DNA of 64,000 nt, from positions 12,462,001 to 12,526,000 of the forward strand of contig NC_043017.1 of assembly GCF_006345805.1 (NCBI RefSeq). The letters are read 5' to 3'. Below the pieces are notes generated by a model. The model made no database searches. It saw only the letters and a program-made list of their open reading frames with translations, and had not been told where the DNA came from. Within the stretch, counting starts at the first letter, position 1, and every line of letters begins with the position of its first letter. The translations under genes and the position numbers were made by a program. Shown piece after piece: positions 28,070-40,234 of the stretch. Source of the stretch: Octopus sinensis (Eukaryota).

Positions 28070-28562
28070 AATATAATGAAATTATTGTATACAGTGCTCA
28101 GGTGCACCACAACTTGTCAGAAAGTGCGTATAAAGTATATGCAGTAATGTACAAATGTCTGGAAAGCGAACAATGTATTAGTCAGATACATGCTTGTGTG
28201 TGTATGGAGGGGAGGAAATCAGGTGTAGTGTTGGCGAATCTCAGGAAGCATGGAAGTTTTAAAGGATGCAGTGCTCCGACAACCAACAACTGATGCTGGC
28301 AGTTTGTTCCATGCTTCAGCAACTCTCAGCGTGAAAAAAATTGTTTCTGAAAGTCAATCAGGTGTAGTGTTGGCGAATCTCAGGAAGCATGGAAGTTTTG
28401 AAGGATGCAGTGCTCCGACAACTAACAACTGATGCCGGCAGTTTGTTCCATGCTTCAGCAACCTTTAGCGTGAAAAATGTTTCCTAAAGTCATGGGAGCT
28501 GTGCTGTTTTCTGACTTTGTAAATATGTCCACGGGTGTTAGACGGGTGGAGTTTGATAAGGT
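28070..28562 (-). mobile_element. CR1-type LINE 3' fragment with the same internal duplication (2 units)
   Basis: Reverse complement of 21337-21958 with the same duplication junction (aagtc|aatcaggtgtagtg at ~28355). Confidence 0.8.
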
Positions 28563-28606
28563 GCTCGGATCACCAATGATAACAACGACAACAACAAGCA
28601 GCTTAC

Positions 28607-28708
28607 CTTAAAAGAACTATGCACAAGGGTTTCATCCAGGTCTATTACCATACATTTCCTGAAAGGATGGTTGCTGTTAAGGGCAGGTAATAAATATCGC
28701 TCTCCTGG
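28607..28708 (-). CDS. CTDSPL: CTDSP exon with catalytic HAD motif I: [34 protein letters not shown]
   Basis: cttccag acceptor, AAG|gtaagc donor, 102 nt, phase 0-0. [12 protein letters not shown] is the FCP1/SCP DxDx(T/V) signature. Confidence 0.97.
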
Positions 28709-28918
28709 CTGGAAGAGAAGAAAAAGCAGACACAAAAATTAAACATATGAAACTCCCAGCAGCAAAACGGGTTGTTTTTTAATTTTATTTTCCGAATCAT
28801 GAATAATTAAAAATCTAGATGCTTTTATCATTAGCTAACAAGATGACCTACCCCCATCATTTAAATATTTTTTCTCTAACTCACCCATAAAAATAAGGGG
28901 ATGGTAGGTTTAAGTACC

Positions 28919-29141
28919 TATTTCTTTATTACCCACAAGGGGCTAAACACAGAGGGGACAAACAAGGACAGACAAAGGGATTAAGTCGATTATATCGACC
29001 CCAGTGCGTAACTGGTACTTATTTGATCGACCCCGAAAGGATGAAAGGCAAAGTCGACCTCGGCGGAATTTGAACTCAGAACGTAACGGCAGACGAAATA
29101 CGGCTACGCACTTCGCCCGGCGTGCTAACGTTTCTGCCACC
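28919..29141 (-). mobile_element. SINE family A monomer inserted in an older family-A copy
   Basis: 16-bp TSD ggtaggtttaagtacc. The older copy resumes with agttacacactggggtcgat. Confidence 0.85.
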
Positions 29142-32100
29142 TTAGGTAGGTTTAAGTACCAGTTACACACTGGGGTCGATGTAATTGACTAGCCGCCTCC
29201 CACGAAATTTCAGGCCTTGTGCCTATAGTAAAAAGGATTATTATTATTATTACATTTTTTTTTTTATTTTCTAAGGCTGTAAGCTCGTAGAATCTTAAGA
29301 CTATTGGAAAATATGCTTTGCAGTATTTGTTCCAGTTCTCTGCACTCTGAATTCAAATACTGCCAAGGTCAACTTTGCCTTTCATCTTTTCAGAGGGAAT
29401 AAAATGAGATTCCATTCAAGTATTAAGCTGGTGGAATCAACTTGTGCCCTGCTCCTCAACATCATTGGCCTTGTGCCAAAACATTGGAAGAATTCATATT
29501 CCAAGTCCAACAGGACCAAAGCATGATGCCATGAGAAAGAGAAGGAAGAGAAATATCAAAGTAAAAACGGGAATGTTGGTGTGGGGGGGGTGGGATGAAA
29601 GGGTGTCATTACCATAATAAGCCTACATTATTCAAGGTGAACATGGAAATAAATGTAACTAAAAGAAAAACAATAAACAGCTTTCAGTGAGGGGGGGGGT
29701 GATGGAGAAGAAATAAGCTATCTCCATGGAAACAACAACTCATAGGTAATGATAACAAAAAGGGAATGAAACCTAAGATGGTGGTAGTAGTAGTAGTAGT
29801 GGCAGCAGTGGTGATGGTGGTGGTGGTGGTGGTTTCAAGGGTGTGAATGTAGGAAACCCTAACTAATTCTAATTGGAACTCTACCAGTTATGACAATGTT
29901 GCTGTTTGTCCCTTCTCGAGCCACACCTGGCTCATAAGGGCCGGTTTCCCGGCTTCCTTGGCGTATAGGTTCCCCACCTGGACTGGACGCCGGTCTGTCG
30001 CAGGTCACCTGCATGATGCAGGAAGAAAGAGTGAGAGAAAGTTGTGGTGAGTGAAAGAGTCAGCAGAAGTTCGCCTCTACCTTCTGCCCAGAACCGCGTG
30101 GAGCTTAGGTATTTCGCTCATAAACACACACACATCGCCCGGTCCGAGATTCGAACCCGCGATCCCTCGACCGCAAGTCCGCTACCCTAACCACTAGGCC
30201 ATGTGCCTCCACTATGACAATGTGGCTTCCAGTTAATCTGATCAATGAAACAGCTGGCTCTTGAAATTAACATGCGAGTGGTTTAGAATTCCACAAACAC
30301 ACGTACCCTTAATGTAGTTCTCAGGGAAGTTTGGTATGACACAGGATGTGACATGTCTGGCCCTTTGGCCCTTAAAATTACATGAACTACTCATTTTTGC
30401 CAGATGAGCCAGACTGAAGCAACATGAAATGAAGTGTCTTGTTCAAGGACAGAAACATACTCCCAGGAATTGAACTCATAACCATATGATAACGAGCCAA
30501 ATACCCTAACCACTAACCCAAGCACCTCCACAGAAACTAGCATCCTGTTAAATAGATGCTAATGTCTTACCCCCACCATTCTACACCACTCGACCTTTGT
30601 CCAGTTGCCCCCACCATTCTACACCAAGCACTATTAGAACCACCAGCAGCAGCAGCAGCATCGTCACCACTACAAAACAACTTGTTGCAGTTACACACAT
30701 GCAAAAAGGGGTGGGTGGGTGGGTGAGCAGAAAGAGTGCAAAGGCAAAGATATAACATAATAAAAATTTAAATAAAATTAAAATGGGGAACAATGAAAAG
30801 ACAAGAGGGGGGGGGTATACAAAATGGATATTGTGAAAAAAAAAAAAAAAAAAAAAAAGAGGTGGCTCAGATTGAAATAAGAACTGGATGGAGGTGTAAA
30901 TATTTATAAAGATGGCCAAACTGTGTAACAAAATTTAAAACAAAAAGAAAATATACTTAAGATAAAGGGTGGATTCCCTTTCTTTCTATTTGTCCTTCCC
31001 TCCCCTCCTTTCTATTTATCCATTCATCCTTCGTTACTTCGTTCCTTCCTTCCTATCTATCCTTCCTTTTTTACTTCCTTCCTGATTTTCCTTCTTTAAT
31101 TATAAATTATATATATGTGTGTGTGTGTGTGTAGTTGCCAGTCTTTCCCCACAGAAGATGTAGGTTGGCTTTACAGTATGTTTATATGCATCCACTATTG
31201 ACTGCATACACCAGACTTTTTGCACACTCTATCTGCCAACGTTACAACTATTACATAATTCTGAGCCCCCAGAAACAGCTGTCGAGCCTGAAATACCATA
31301 CCCTCTCCCCTTATTTCCTTGTATTTATTTTTGTACTCCACGTAAATTTATTCCATAAAAATATATATAAATATCTTTATCCTTATACACAAGTGTTCAT
31401 CTTCTGACTATTTTCAGTTTTTGCTTCTCTATATATATATCCCTATATATATTTACATGTGTGTATGTATAGCATATATTTTATATATCAAGCCCAAGTG
31501 TGTTTATTGACATCACTATCTCTCTCTGTCAAGCTTTCTTCATAAATTTTTTATAAATATGTCCTCTACCAAAGATATTGAGTAAAAACCTTTATTTTAA
31601 TGTTAAATTGTTTTTATACATAATTTGATATAAAAACGAACATTAACATATATATGTGCGTATCTGTTTGTTATTGATGTGATAAGAATTTAGTAACTTC
31701 AAGAACTTGAAATAATTCCGTTTTGGAACAGTGAATCCTGAAGGAGAATAAAGCTATAAATAATAGTGTGTGAATACCAAGTTTAAAAAATTCTCTTTGG
31801 AATAGAAAAAGTCAAAGACTTGTTGTTCCATAATAAACATATCATTTAATACATACAATATAAAGATATGATCTACTAAGAGTTTCATGCCATGGAAACA
31901 CAATAATTCAGCAAACACCTTCTGTCTCCAAGCGATCCTTCAGGCTCAATATACATGGTTGGGTTTAATTGCATAACATGATACTGATCTATAAATCTGC
32001 CAAATTATTGTGTTTCCATGACATGAAACTATTAGTAGGCTCTTGTTTAAATACAGCATATATTAAATGACATCTATCTCTCACTGGTGCTTTTGTTTTT

Positions 32101-32175
32101 GCTGATCCTAACAATAACAGAAAAGTAAACCCTGCCACACACACTTAAACACATACTCAAAAATTAAATAAACTC

Positions 32176-32583
32176 CAGGCGTGGCTGTGTAGTAAGTAGC
32201 TTGCTAACCAACCACATGGTTCCGGGTTCAGTCCCACTGCATGGCATCTTGGGCAAGTGCCTTCTGCTATAGCCCCGGGCCGACCAATGCCTTGTGAGTG
32301 GATTTGGTAGAAGGAAACTGAAAGAAGCCCGTCGTATATGTGTATATATATATATATGTGTATGTGTGTTTGTGTGTCTGTGTTTGTCCCCCTAGCATTG
32401 CTTAACAACCGATGCTGGTGTGTTTACGTCCCCGTCACTTAGCAGTTCGGCAAAAGAGTCCGATAGAATAAGTACTGGGCTTACAAAGAATAAGTCCCGG
32501 GGTCGATTTGCTCGACTAAAGGCGGTGCTCCAGCATGGCTGCAGTCAAATGACTGAAACAAGTAAAAGAGTAAAAGAGAGAGA
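32176..32583 (+). mobile_element. SINE family C
   Basis: Same head, internal microsatellite and tail as 4972-5389. Confidence 0.85.
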
Positions 32584-33236
32584 GTAACACATGTACCATA
32601 ACTAGCAGAACCGTGGCAGTAGTAAACAGAGGTGTAGACTGCAAGCTACACTTCAGGCCAAGGACATCTTGATTGTATGAAGTCTACATTGTAACGAGAT
32701 CTCGTGTAAACTCGTTAGGGAGTTGATCTCCTAAAAACAATGTAAGCTTTATATAACCAAGGTTTCCTTGGCCAAAAGAGCAGCCTGCGGTTTACCCCTA
32801 ATTTGGATAATTTACTACTTCCAAGTTTCCACTAGCTATGAAGCATATGTAGCCTGGATTTTATCTACTCCATTCCCTAATTTTGGAATATCTATCTGCA
32901 TATACAACAACCCCTGTTGCTATCCGTGAACTAAAAAATAAACTTTCGTCAGCTTATTGTACTTCAATACGGGGAAAATTCACAATCTTCTGCGACAATA
33001 AACCAGTTGTTCCTGAATGTTGTTCTTTATATATTCTATAAATTGCTTGAAGCTTACTAACTTCCTACACCTTGACCCTTGGATCTTACATATATATATA
33101 TATAAATATATAAAATTCATTTTTGGAATAGTGGGTTCCTGAAGGTACAAATATTTACATGCCGTTATTTATAACTTTGTGTGCTTCAAAAAAAACTCTA
33201 ATTCAAAAACAATTATTCCATGTTCTTGCAAACCTT

Positions 33237-33297
<61 letters not shown>

Positions 33298-33299
<2 letters not shown>

Positions 33300-33897
33300 A
33301 TAGAAATATTAAAATAACTAAGTCTCTCTAAAAGAGAACAGCGGCAGCGTTCCCGGAAAATAATAGTTATCGCCATACTAATATGGCATTCTTATAAAAA
33401 TAAGAAAAAAGCTGTCCGCTTATTAGCTCCATGAGGCCATTGCCTTAAGTTAGCTATTTGATACACAAACTGTATCCATATAACCTTCGAACAAGGGAGG
33501 TCAGTCGCTCCACACTACTTGACCGGCAGCTACAGACGCGTTTCGGGGTATTGCCCCTTTTCAATGCAGCGTAGCCAGCCAGTAGGTGTCGCTTCCGACA
33601 ATCTTTGTTCGATGGTTTTATTTACCGAAACTAGGTAAATAAAACCATCGAACAGAGATTGTCGGAAGCGACACCTACTGGCTGGCTACGCTGCATTGAA
33701 AAGGGGCAATACCCCGAAACGCGTCTGTAGCTGCCGGTCAAGTAGTGTGGAGCGACTGACCTCCCTTGTTCGAAGGTTATATGGATACAGTTTGTGTATC
33801 AAATAGCTAACTTAAGGCAATGGCCTCATGGAGCTAATAAGCGGACAGCTTTTTTCTTATTTTTATAAGAATGCCATATTAGTATGGCGATAACTAT

Positions 33898-33900
<3 letters not shown>
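33298..33900. mobile_element. Fold-back element in (TA)n, probably an inverted Penelope-like pseudo-LTR pair
   Basis: Arms 33360-33626 and 33634-33900 (267 bp, 1 mismatch seen), 7-nt loop gaaacta, ~60-bp unpaired extension on the left, TA tracts on both sides. Confidence 0.75.
33690..33731 (+). ncRNA. Minimal type I hammerhead ribozyme (U3:A8 variant); mirror copy on the minus strand at 33529-33570
   Basis: Stem I gctgca/tgtagc, core TTGAAAA, stem II gggg-caata-cccc, GAAA, palindromic stem III acgcgt, GUC cleavage triplet. Confidence 0.7.
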
Positions 33901-33929
<29 letters not shown>

Positions 33930-34368
33930 CACACACACACATTGTTTTAATTGGCAGAAGTTGCTAAGTGACTTAAAGGCCAAGAGTTTTGAGCAGTATA
34001 TGTTTATATATATATATATAAATAATGGCACTCTGTCGGTTATGACGACAAGGTTCCAGTTGATTTAATTAACAGAACAGCCTGCTTTTGAAATTAACAT
34101 GCATGTGGCTGAGTACTCCACAGATATGTGTACCCTCAACGAAGTTCTCAAGGAGATCCAGTGTGACACAGAGTGTGACAAGGCTGGCCCTTTTGAATTA
34201 CAGGTACAACTCATTTTTGCCAGCTGAGTGGACTGGAGTAACAAGAAATAAAGTGTCTTGCTCAAGGACACAGTGTGTCGCCAGGAATTGAACTCAGGAC
34301 CTTATGATCGTGAGCTGAATACCCTAACCACTATACCACACACCTTCACATATATACATATGTATAAC

Positions 34369-34597
34369 TATTTCTTTATTACCCACAAGGGGCTGAATAT
34401 AGAGGAGACAAACATGGACAGACATAGGTATTAAGTCGATTATATCGACCCCAGTGCTTAACTGGTTCTTAATTTATCGACCCCGAAAGGATGAAAGGCA
34501 AAGTCGACCTCGGCGGAATTTGAACTCACAACGTAACGGCAGACGAAATACCGCTAAGCATTTCGCCCGACGTGCTAACGATTCTGCTAGCTCGCCG
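34369..34597 (-). mobile_element. SINE family A monomer
   Basis: Near-identical to the other family A copies. Confidence 0.85.
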
Positions 34598-36426
34598 AAC
34601 AGCAAAAATTAACCTACAACAATACATAACATTTTATCAAAGAGAAAATGGGAATGAAAAGATTGTGAAAAAAATCAGGGTGGATCTGTGCAATACATAA
34701 GGAAATCAGGGTGGATCAGTGCATGACTTGATAATAAACCGGGTAGAAAGAAAGGGGTGGAAAAATTAATAAAGAATCAATAACGAAACAATCGAAAATA
34801 ATTAATGAATGAAAAGCAATCAGTAAATAGGGTTGGTTATTAAAACGTGTGTGCGGAGAGTGTTGGTGAGGGTTTTAAAAAAAACACATACATAACAAAA
34901 AATAAAACAAAAAGTGGCAGCAGCAGCAGCAACAGTGGCAGCAAGGTTAAAGGTTACAAACAACATCAGTTAAAATAAAAAGGGTTAAAAAAACAAAAAA
35001 ATTTAGATAACAAAAATGCGTAAAAGCTGCGGGATAACAGACATTAAAAAAATAGGAAAACAACAAAAAATTAAAAAAGTTAATTAAATAAGAATAAGTT
35101 ATAACTTGTTTAAGAAAGCCGAGAAATTTCATTTTCTGTCCAAATTTCGCATTTCAAAAAACAAAATACAATTTTTAGATTTGGACCCTTTTTTTGAAAT
35201 AAGTGGTGTTAAAATGAAAAGAAGTTTACTACTACAACTACCAATGCTACTAGTGTTACTAATAACTACTGATATTAATATTATTATGACAAAGACTATG
35301 ACAATAGTGAATACGGATACCAAAATGCAAAAAATATAGAAATATTTTCAAAAATATTGTCATCATCTTCATTTTGCATTCGCTTTCCAAACAACCATGG
35401 GTTGAACTGGTTGCTGCAGTCTGAACCAGTTCTTAAGTTTTTGAGTCAGTAACTGTCTTCGTAGACAAGTCAGAGGGCAATGCTGTGCTAACCCATCTTA
35501 GACAGTAGTAATTCCATAATAAAGAACTGATCCAGACCAACCAAGATCCCTTATCTGATCCCATACAATCACAGAAGGCAGTCAAAAAATGATGACAATG
35601 GTGATGAAATTTCAAAGAAAAAATATTGTACGAAAATAAAATGGTTTTGTAACTAAATGTATTTTTTGCATACGTCTCATAATTTCTAAGTGTTTCACAC
35701 TTGGAACAATTCTTTAACCCTTTTCATACCAAACCAACCTGAGACAGTTCCTTGTTCTATGACAAAAACTTCCAGTTTTAAATAATCTAAATCAAAACCT
35801 TCCATCGAAATGACTTGGTAATTTATGCTCAAAACATCAGCCTAATTGATGCTAATGACTAAGTTTATTTTACTAAATTCTTCGTCCTTTTCGAAAATTA
35901 ATTGCAACAAAGGCAGGGTATTTCAAGAGGAATATGGCTAAGAAAAGGGTTAAAAACAAGACGATGATACTACTACAACTACTACTACTAATACTAATAA
36001 AATTACTATTAGAATCTAACAACAACAGTGGAACAAATAGGGTACTATGAACAACTAAATCAGGAAAGGTACTTCTGTCGGTCAAGTTGGCACTAGCATA
36101 CATAGATATTTATATATAAAGCCTTGCAAGTACATTTGGTACATACACATGCGTTTGCACGCGTGTGTGTGTGTATGTGTATGAATAAGGTAAACTTCTT
36201 TGAGTTTCTGTATCAAATCCAGTCACAAGTTTTGATCAGTCCAAGGCTACGGTAGGAAACACTTGCCCAGGGTGCCATGCTGTGGGACTGAACCTGAAAC
36301 CATGTGGTTGAAACTTCTTAAGCACACAACCACACCTGTACCTTATGATCATATGACGTAAATAATGACTGTTCCGTATTCTAAGCAGTAGAAGGACTTT
36401 GTTCTTACTCCATGTATTGTACTGAT

Positions 36427-36811
36427 GGAGGCGCAATGGCCCAGTGGTTAGGGCAGCGGACTCGCGGTCATAGGATCACGGTTTCGATTCCCAGACCGGG
36501 CGTTGTGAATGTTTATTGAGCGAAGACACCTAAAGCTCCATGAGGCTCCAGCAGGGGATGGTGGTGATCCCTGCTGTACTCTTTCACCACAACTTTCTCT
36601 CACTCTTTCTTCCTGTTTCTGTTGTACCTGTATTTCAAAGGGCCGGCCTTGTCACTCTCTGTGTCACGCTGAATATCCCCGAGAACTACGTTAAGGGTGC
36701 ACGTGTCTGTGGAGTGCTCAGCCACTTACACGTTAATTTCACGAGCAGGCTGTTCCGTTGATTCGGATCAACCGGAACCCTCGTCGTCGTAACCGACGGA
36801 GTGCTTCCACC
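36427..36811 (+). mobile_element. SINE family B
   Basis: Reverse complement of the 6254 and 25231 copies. TSD attgtactgat. Related diverged copies at ~29900-30530, 34028-34350 and 60055-60363. Confidence 0.88.
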
Positions 36812-37060
36812 ATTGTACTGATATGTTTCCATAGATTGATTACAATATTGAGCTGTGGTCCAGAGTAAGACTAAGGAACAAGAGATCTCTACAGCAAATT
36901 TTCTTTCCCTTTCTACACAAAAATCTATGCCTCTGTAACACTGCAAGGAGTCAACAGTGGCTAATGGGAGAAGAGACAGAGGAACGTAACTAAATGATAA
37001 GAAACCAACTTTTGCTATTTCAGTTTCACTTATATTAACTTGTTCAAAGTATTTCCATAA

Positions 37061-37222
37061 GGCGCAGGAGTGGCTGTGTGGTAGGTAGCTTGCTAACCAA
37101 CCACATGGTTCCGGGTTCAGTCCCACCGCGTGGCATCTTGAGCAAGTGCCTTCTGCTAAAGCCCCGGGCCGACCAATGCCTTGTGAGTGGATTTGGTAGA
37201 TGGAAACTGAAAGAAGCCTGTC

Positions 37223-37263
<41 letters not shown>

Positions 37264-37499
37264 TGTATGTGTGTGTGTGTGTGTGTGTTTGTGTGTCTGT
37301 GTTTGTCCCACTAGCATTGCTTGACAACCGATGCTGGTGTGTTTACGTCCCCTGTCACTTAGCGGTTCGGCAAAAGAGACGATAGAATAAGTACTGGGCT
37401 TACAAAGAATAAGACCCGGGGTCGATTTGCTCGACTAAAGGCGGTGCTCCAGCATGGCCACAGTCAAATGACTGAAACAAGTAAAAGAGTAAAGAGAGT
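37061..37499 (+). mobile_element. SINE family C, full length
   Basis: ggcgcaggag head through aaagagtaaagagag tail. Confidence 0.87.
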
Positions 37500-37767
37500 A
37501 AGTCTGTCCTAAAAGCCCATGCTTGTTTTCAACTAGCCTTGTTTCACACACTCTGAGCTAAAATAAAGCTTTCTTTTCATAACTCCTTAGTTACTCTGGC
37601 GGTTTGGAAAAAAACTAGGTATTTGTATCATATATAATGCATGGATACTAAGGAAATGTTTACAGACTTTAAGTTGGCCCTCGTTTCCAGGGTTAATATA
37701 AAGCTTTCCTTTCCTATGTCTGAAGTTACTCTGGTGGTTGGAAAAAATTAGGTATGTGTATCATATA

Positions 37768-38173
37768 CTAGCAGCATAGCCCGGCGTTGCCCGGGTATGT
37801 AAGAGCCCCTGGTAGGCAACGACTAATCCCAATCTAGTTCTTTACCTCCAGGGAACGAAGGCGCATGTGTAGGTTGCAATGTCTTCTCTTCACTCGAATA
37901 CTTCTATGTATACGATGTTCCTAGCTGTCTCCCGACAGAAAATATGTTGCATATAAAAAGCTTAGATTCTAGACCCCATGTCGAATTTATCGATTTTTTT
38001 CAGAACTGGGGGAACTTTTCAAAATTTTTTCTGCGTTAGTTTTGAATTATGACATTGGGCTATGTGTGTGTCAAGTTTCATCAGAATCGGTTGAAAGCTG
38101 TGGTCAGGGTGAGGGTACAACCTGGCAGCCACACAGACAGACAAACTGCCGTTTATATATATAGAGATAGAGA
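37768..38173 (-). mobile_element. Non-autonomous Helitron
   Basis: On the minus strand it starts TC(TCTATCTCTATATATATAAA) and ends in the hairpin CCCGG-GCAACG-CCGGG followed by CTAG. Inserted between A and T with no TSD. A degenerate empty-site paralogue lies at ~37621-37660. Confidence 0.85.
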
Positions 38174-38684
38174 TGATATACGGATGCCAGGAGAATGTGT
38201 CCTGTTGTAGTACATCTGACACACAGAATAGGCAAGGGGTTAACAAACTAAATTTGCAAGACTTTTAGACATAACGAATATATATAAAAAATAAGATGTT
38301 ACAAGAATTAGAAAAAAGAAAATTTAATTATTAAAATATGAAAAAATGAAATAGTTAAAAAAAAAAACAGTTAACAAAATTAATGTTTTGACAAATAATA
38401 TAATTAGTTAATTGAATAATTATATAAACTTAAGATTAAAATTTCAAGTTGAAATACTTTTTAGTGATTTTTTTGGTTAATTTTACTGTTAATTACATTT
38501 TAGAGTTTTTAATGGTTTATTTAGATTGTAATTTTATTATTTTAAACTTTTAAAAGTAAGCAACAAAATCAGGTTAACGAACCAGATTGAAATAAAAACC
38601 CAAAGAGTGTTTCAATAAATGGTAGAATTCTTAAGAATTCACTGAAGAATCATTAGTGTTTTTGATTTCTTACAAAGACTAAGA

Positions 38685-38738
<54 letters not shown>

Positions 38739-38922
38739 AGTGTGTGTGTGTGCACGTGTACGCGTGCATGCTAAAATCACAAGCTCCACCGGATTGGACA
38801 TGTAAGGTTTAACAGACAACAGGTTGGCCTGTGTAATTGCCAAGTGGTATCCAAGAGATTGGAAGAGACCATTTAGAAGAGCTCCAGTATGGGGAGGGGG
38901 GTGATATAGTTAAACGATTTAA

Positions 38923-38953
<31 letters not shown>

Positions 38954-39908
38954 TGTGTACAGTGCTCAGGTGCACTACAACTCATCTAAAGTGTATATAT
39001 AATCAGGTGTAGTTTCGGCGGATTTCAGAAAGCATGAGGGCCTTAAAGGATGCAGTGTCATGGCAGTCAACAACTGACATAGGCAGTTTATTCCATGCTT
39101 CAGCAACTCTGAGCGTGAAAAAATGTTTCCGAAAGTCATGGGAGCTGTGTTGTTTTCTGACTTTGTAGGCATGTCCACGTGTGTTGGACACATGGAGATC
39201 AAAAAGGTGTTCAGTGTTGTTAGACCAAGATTGAAAAGAGGGGCAAATCAAGAAAGAATTAGAAGCACATACTGATCAGCAGTGAATAAAAACTTCTGAT
39301 AGCCTGGTCAATACAAGTGATATACTATTTATATATATGTGTATATATATAAATATGGATTTCAGTAAAGTATAAGGTTTCTATATTAAGCATAAGATGA
39401 GCAATTTTGAGGGAAAACAGTGAATAACATTAACCCAATGATATGATGTTTATCTCGAAACCGCGAGTCCGCTGCCCTAACCGTTGTGTGGGGCATTGTG
39501 CCCCCCACACATCAAGAGGTGCCAATCTCTAATTGTGGAGGAAACATGTGGAAGGTGTACACCCAGGAAGACGTGTCATGAAGTGGTGAGAAAAGGATCT
39601 TCAGGCATTGGGAATCACAAAGGGGGGGGGGTGACAGGGGATCGAGACTCCTGTGTAGTAGTAGCACCCAGTACACTCTGTCGAGTGGATGGCATTAGGA
39701 CGAGCATCCAGCTGCAGAAACCATACCAAAACAGATAATTGGAGCCTCAGCAGCACTTCAGCTGGTCAGATCCTGTCAAACTGTCCAACCCATGACAGCA
39801 TGGAAAACAGGCGTTAAACAATGAGGACGATGACGTACAAACGCACATACATACTAAGCCAGATATTAAATCTAATGACATGACCGCAAACATGTACACA
39901 TATGCAAT

Positions 39909-39948
<40 letters not shown>

Positions 39949-40197
39949 ACTGTATCCAATATACATTAATAACTAAACATCTAATTATCTAATTAACTCC
40001 ACAGAACTATTCCTTTCATCATAAAACTAGACATACATAATTATATATTTTATAATAATATAACTACACACACATACACATACATGTGCAACAATGCCCC
40101 CAAATGTATTACACACATACACACAAACATTTAAGTATGCAGGAATCTAATTAACAAACACGCGCACACAAACTCGTAAACAACTATACAACAAATT

Positions 40198-40234
<37 letters not shown>

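Noticed and set aside
30571-30669. 99-nt GT-AG-bounded segment (GDDAAAAAGGSN...)
   Set aside because: Open as a phase 2-2 exon but hits an immediate stop in phase 0, I found no phase 2-to-0 exon downstream, and it is low complexity with an internal 19-bp duplication.
36427-36500. tRNA gene (also other A/B-box heads)
   Set aside because: Continues into a multi-copy SINE body with TSDs; no complete cloverleaf or terminator.
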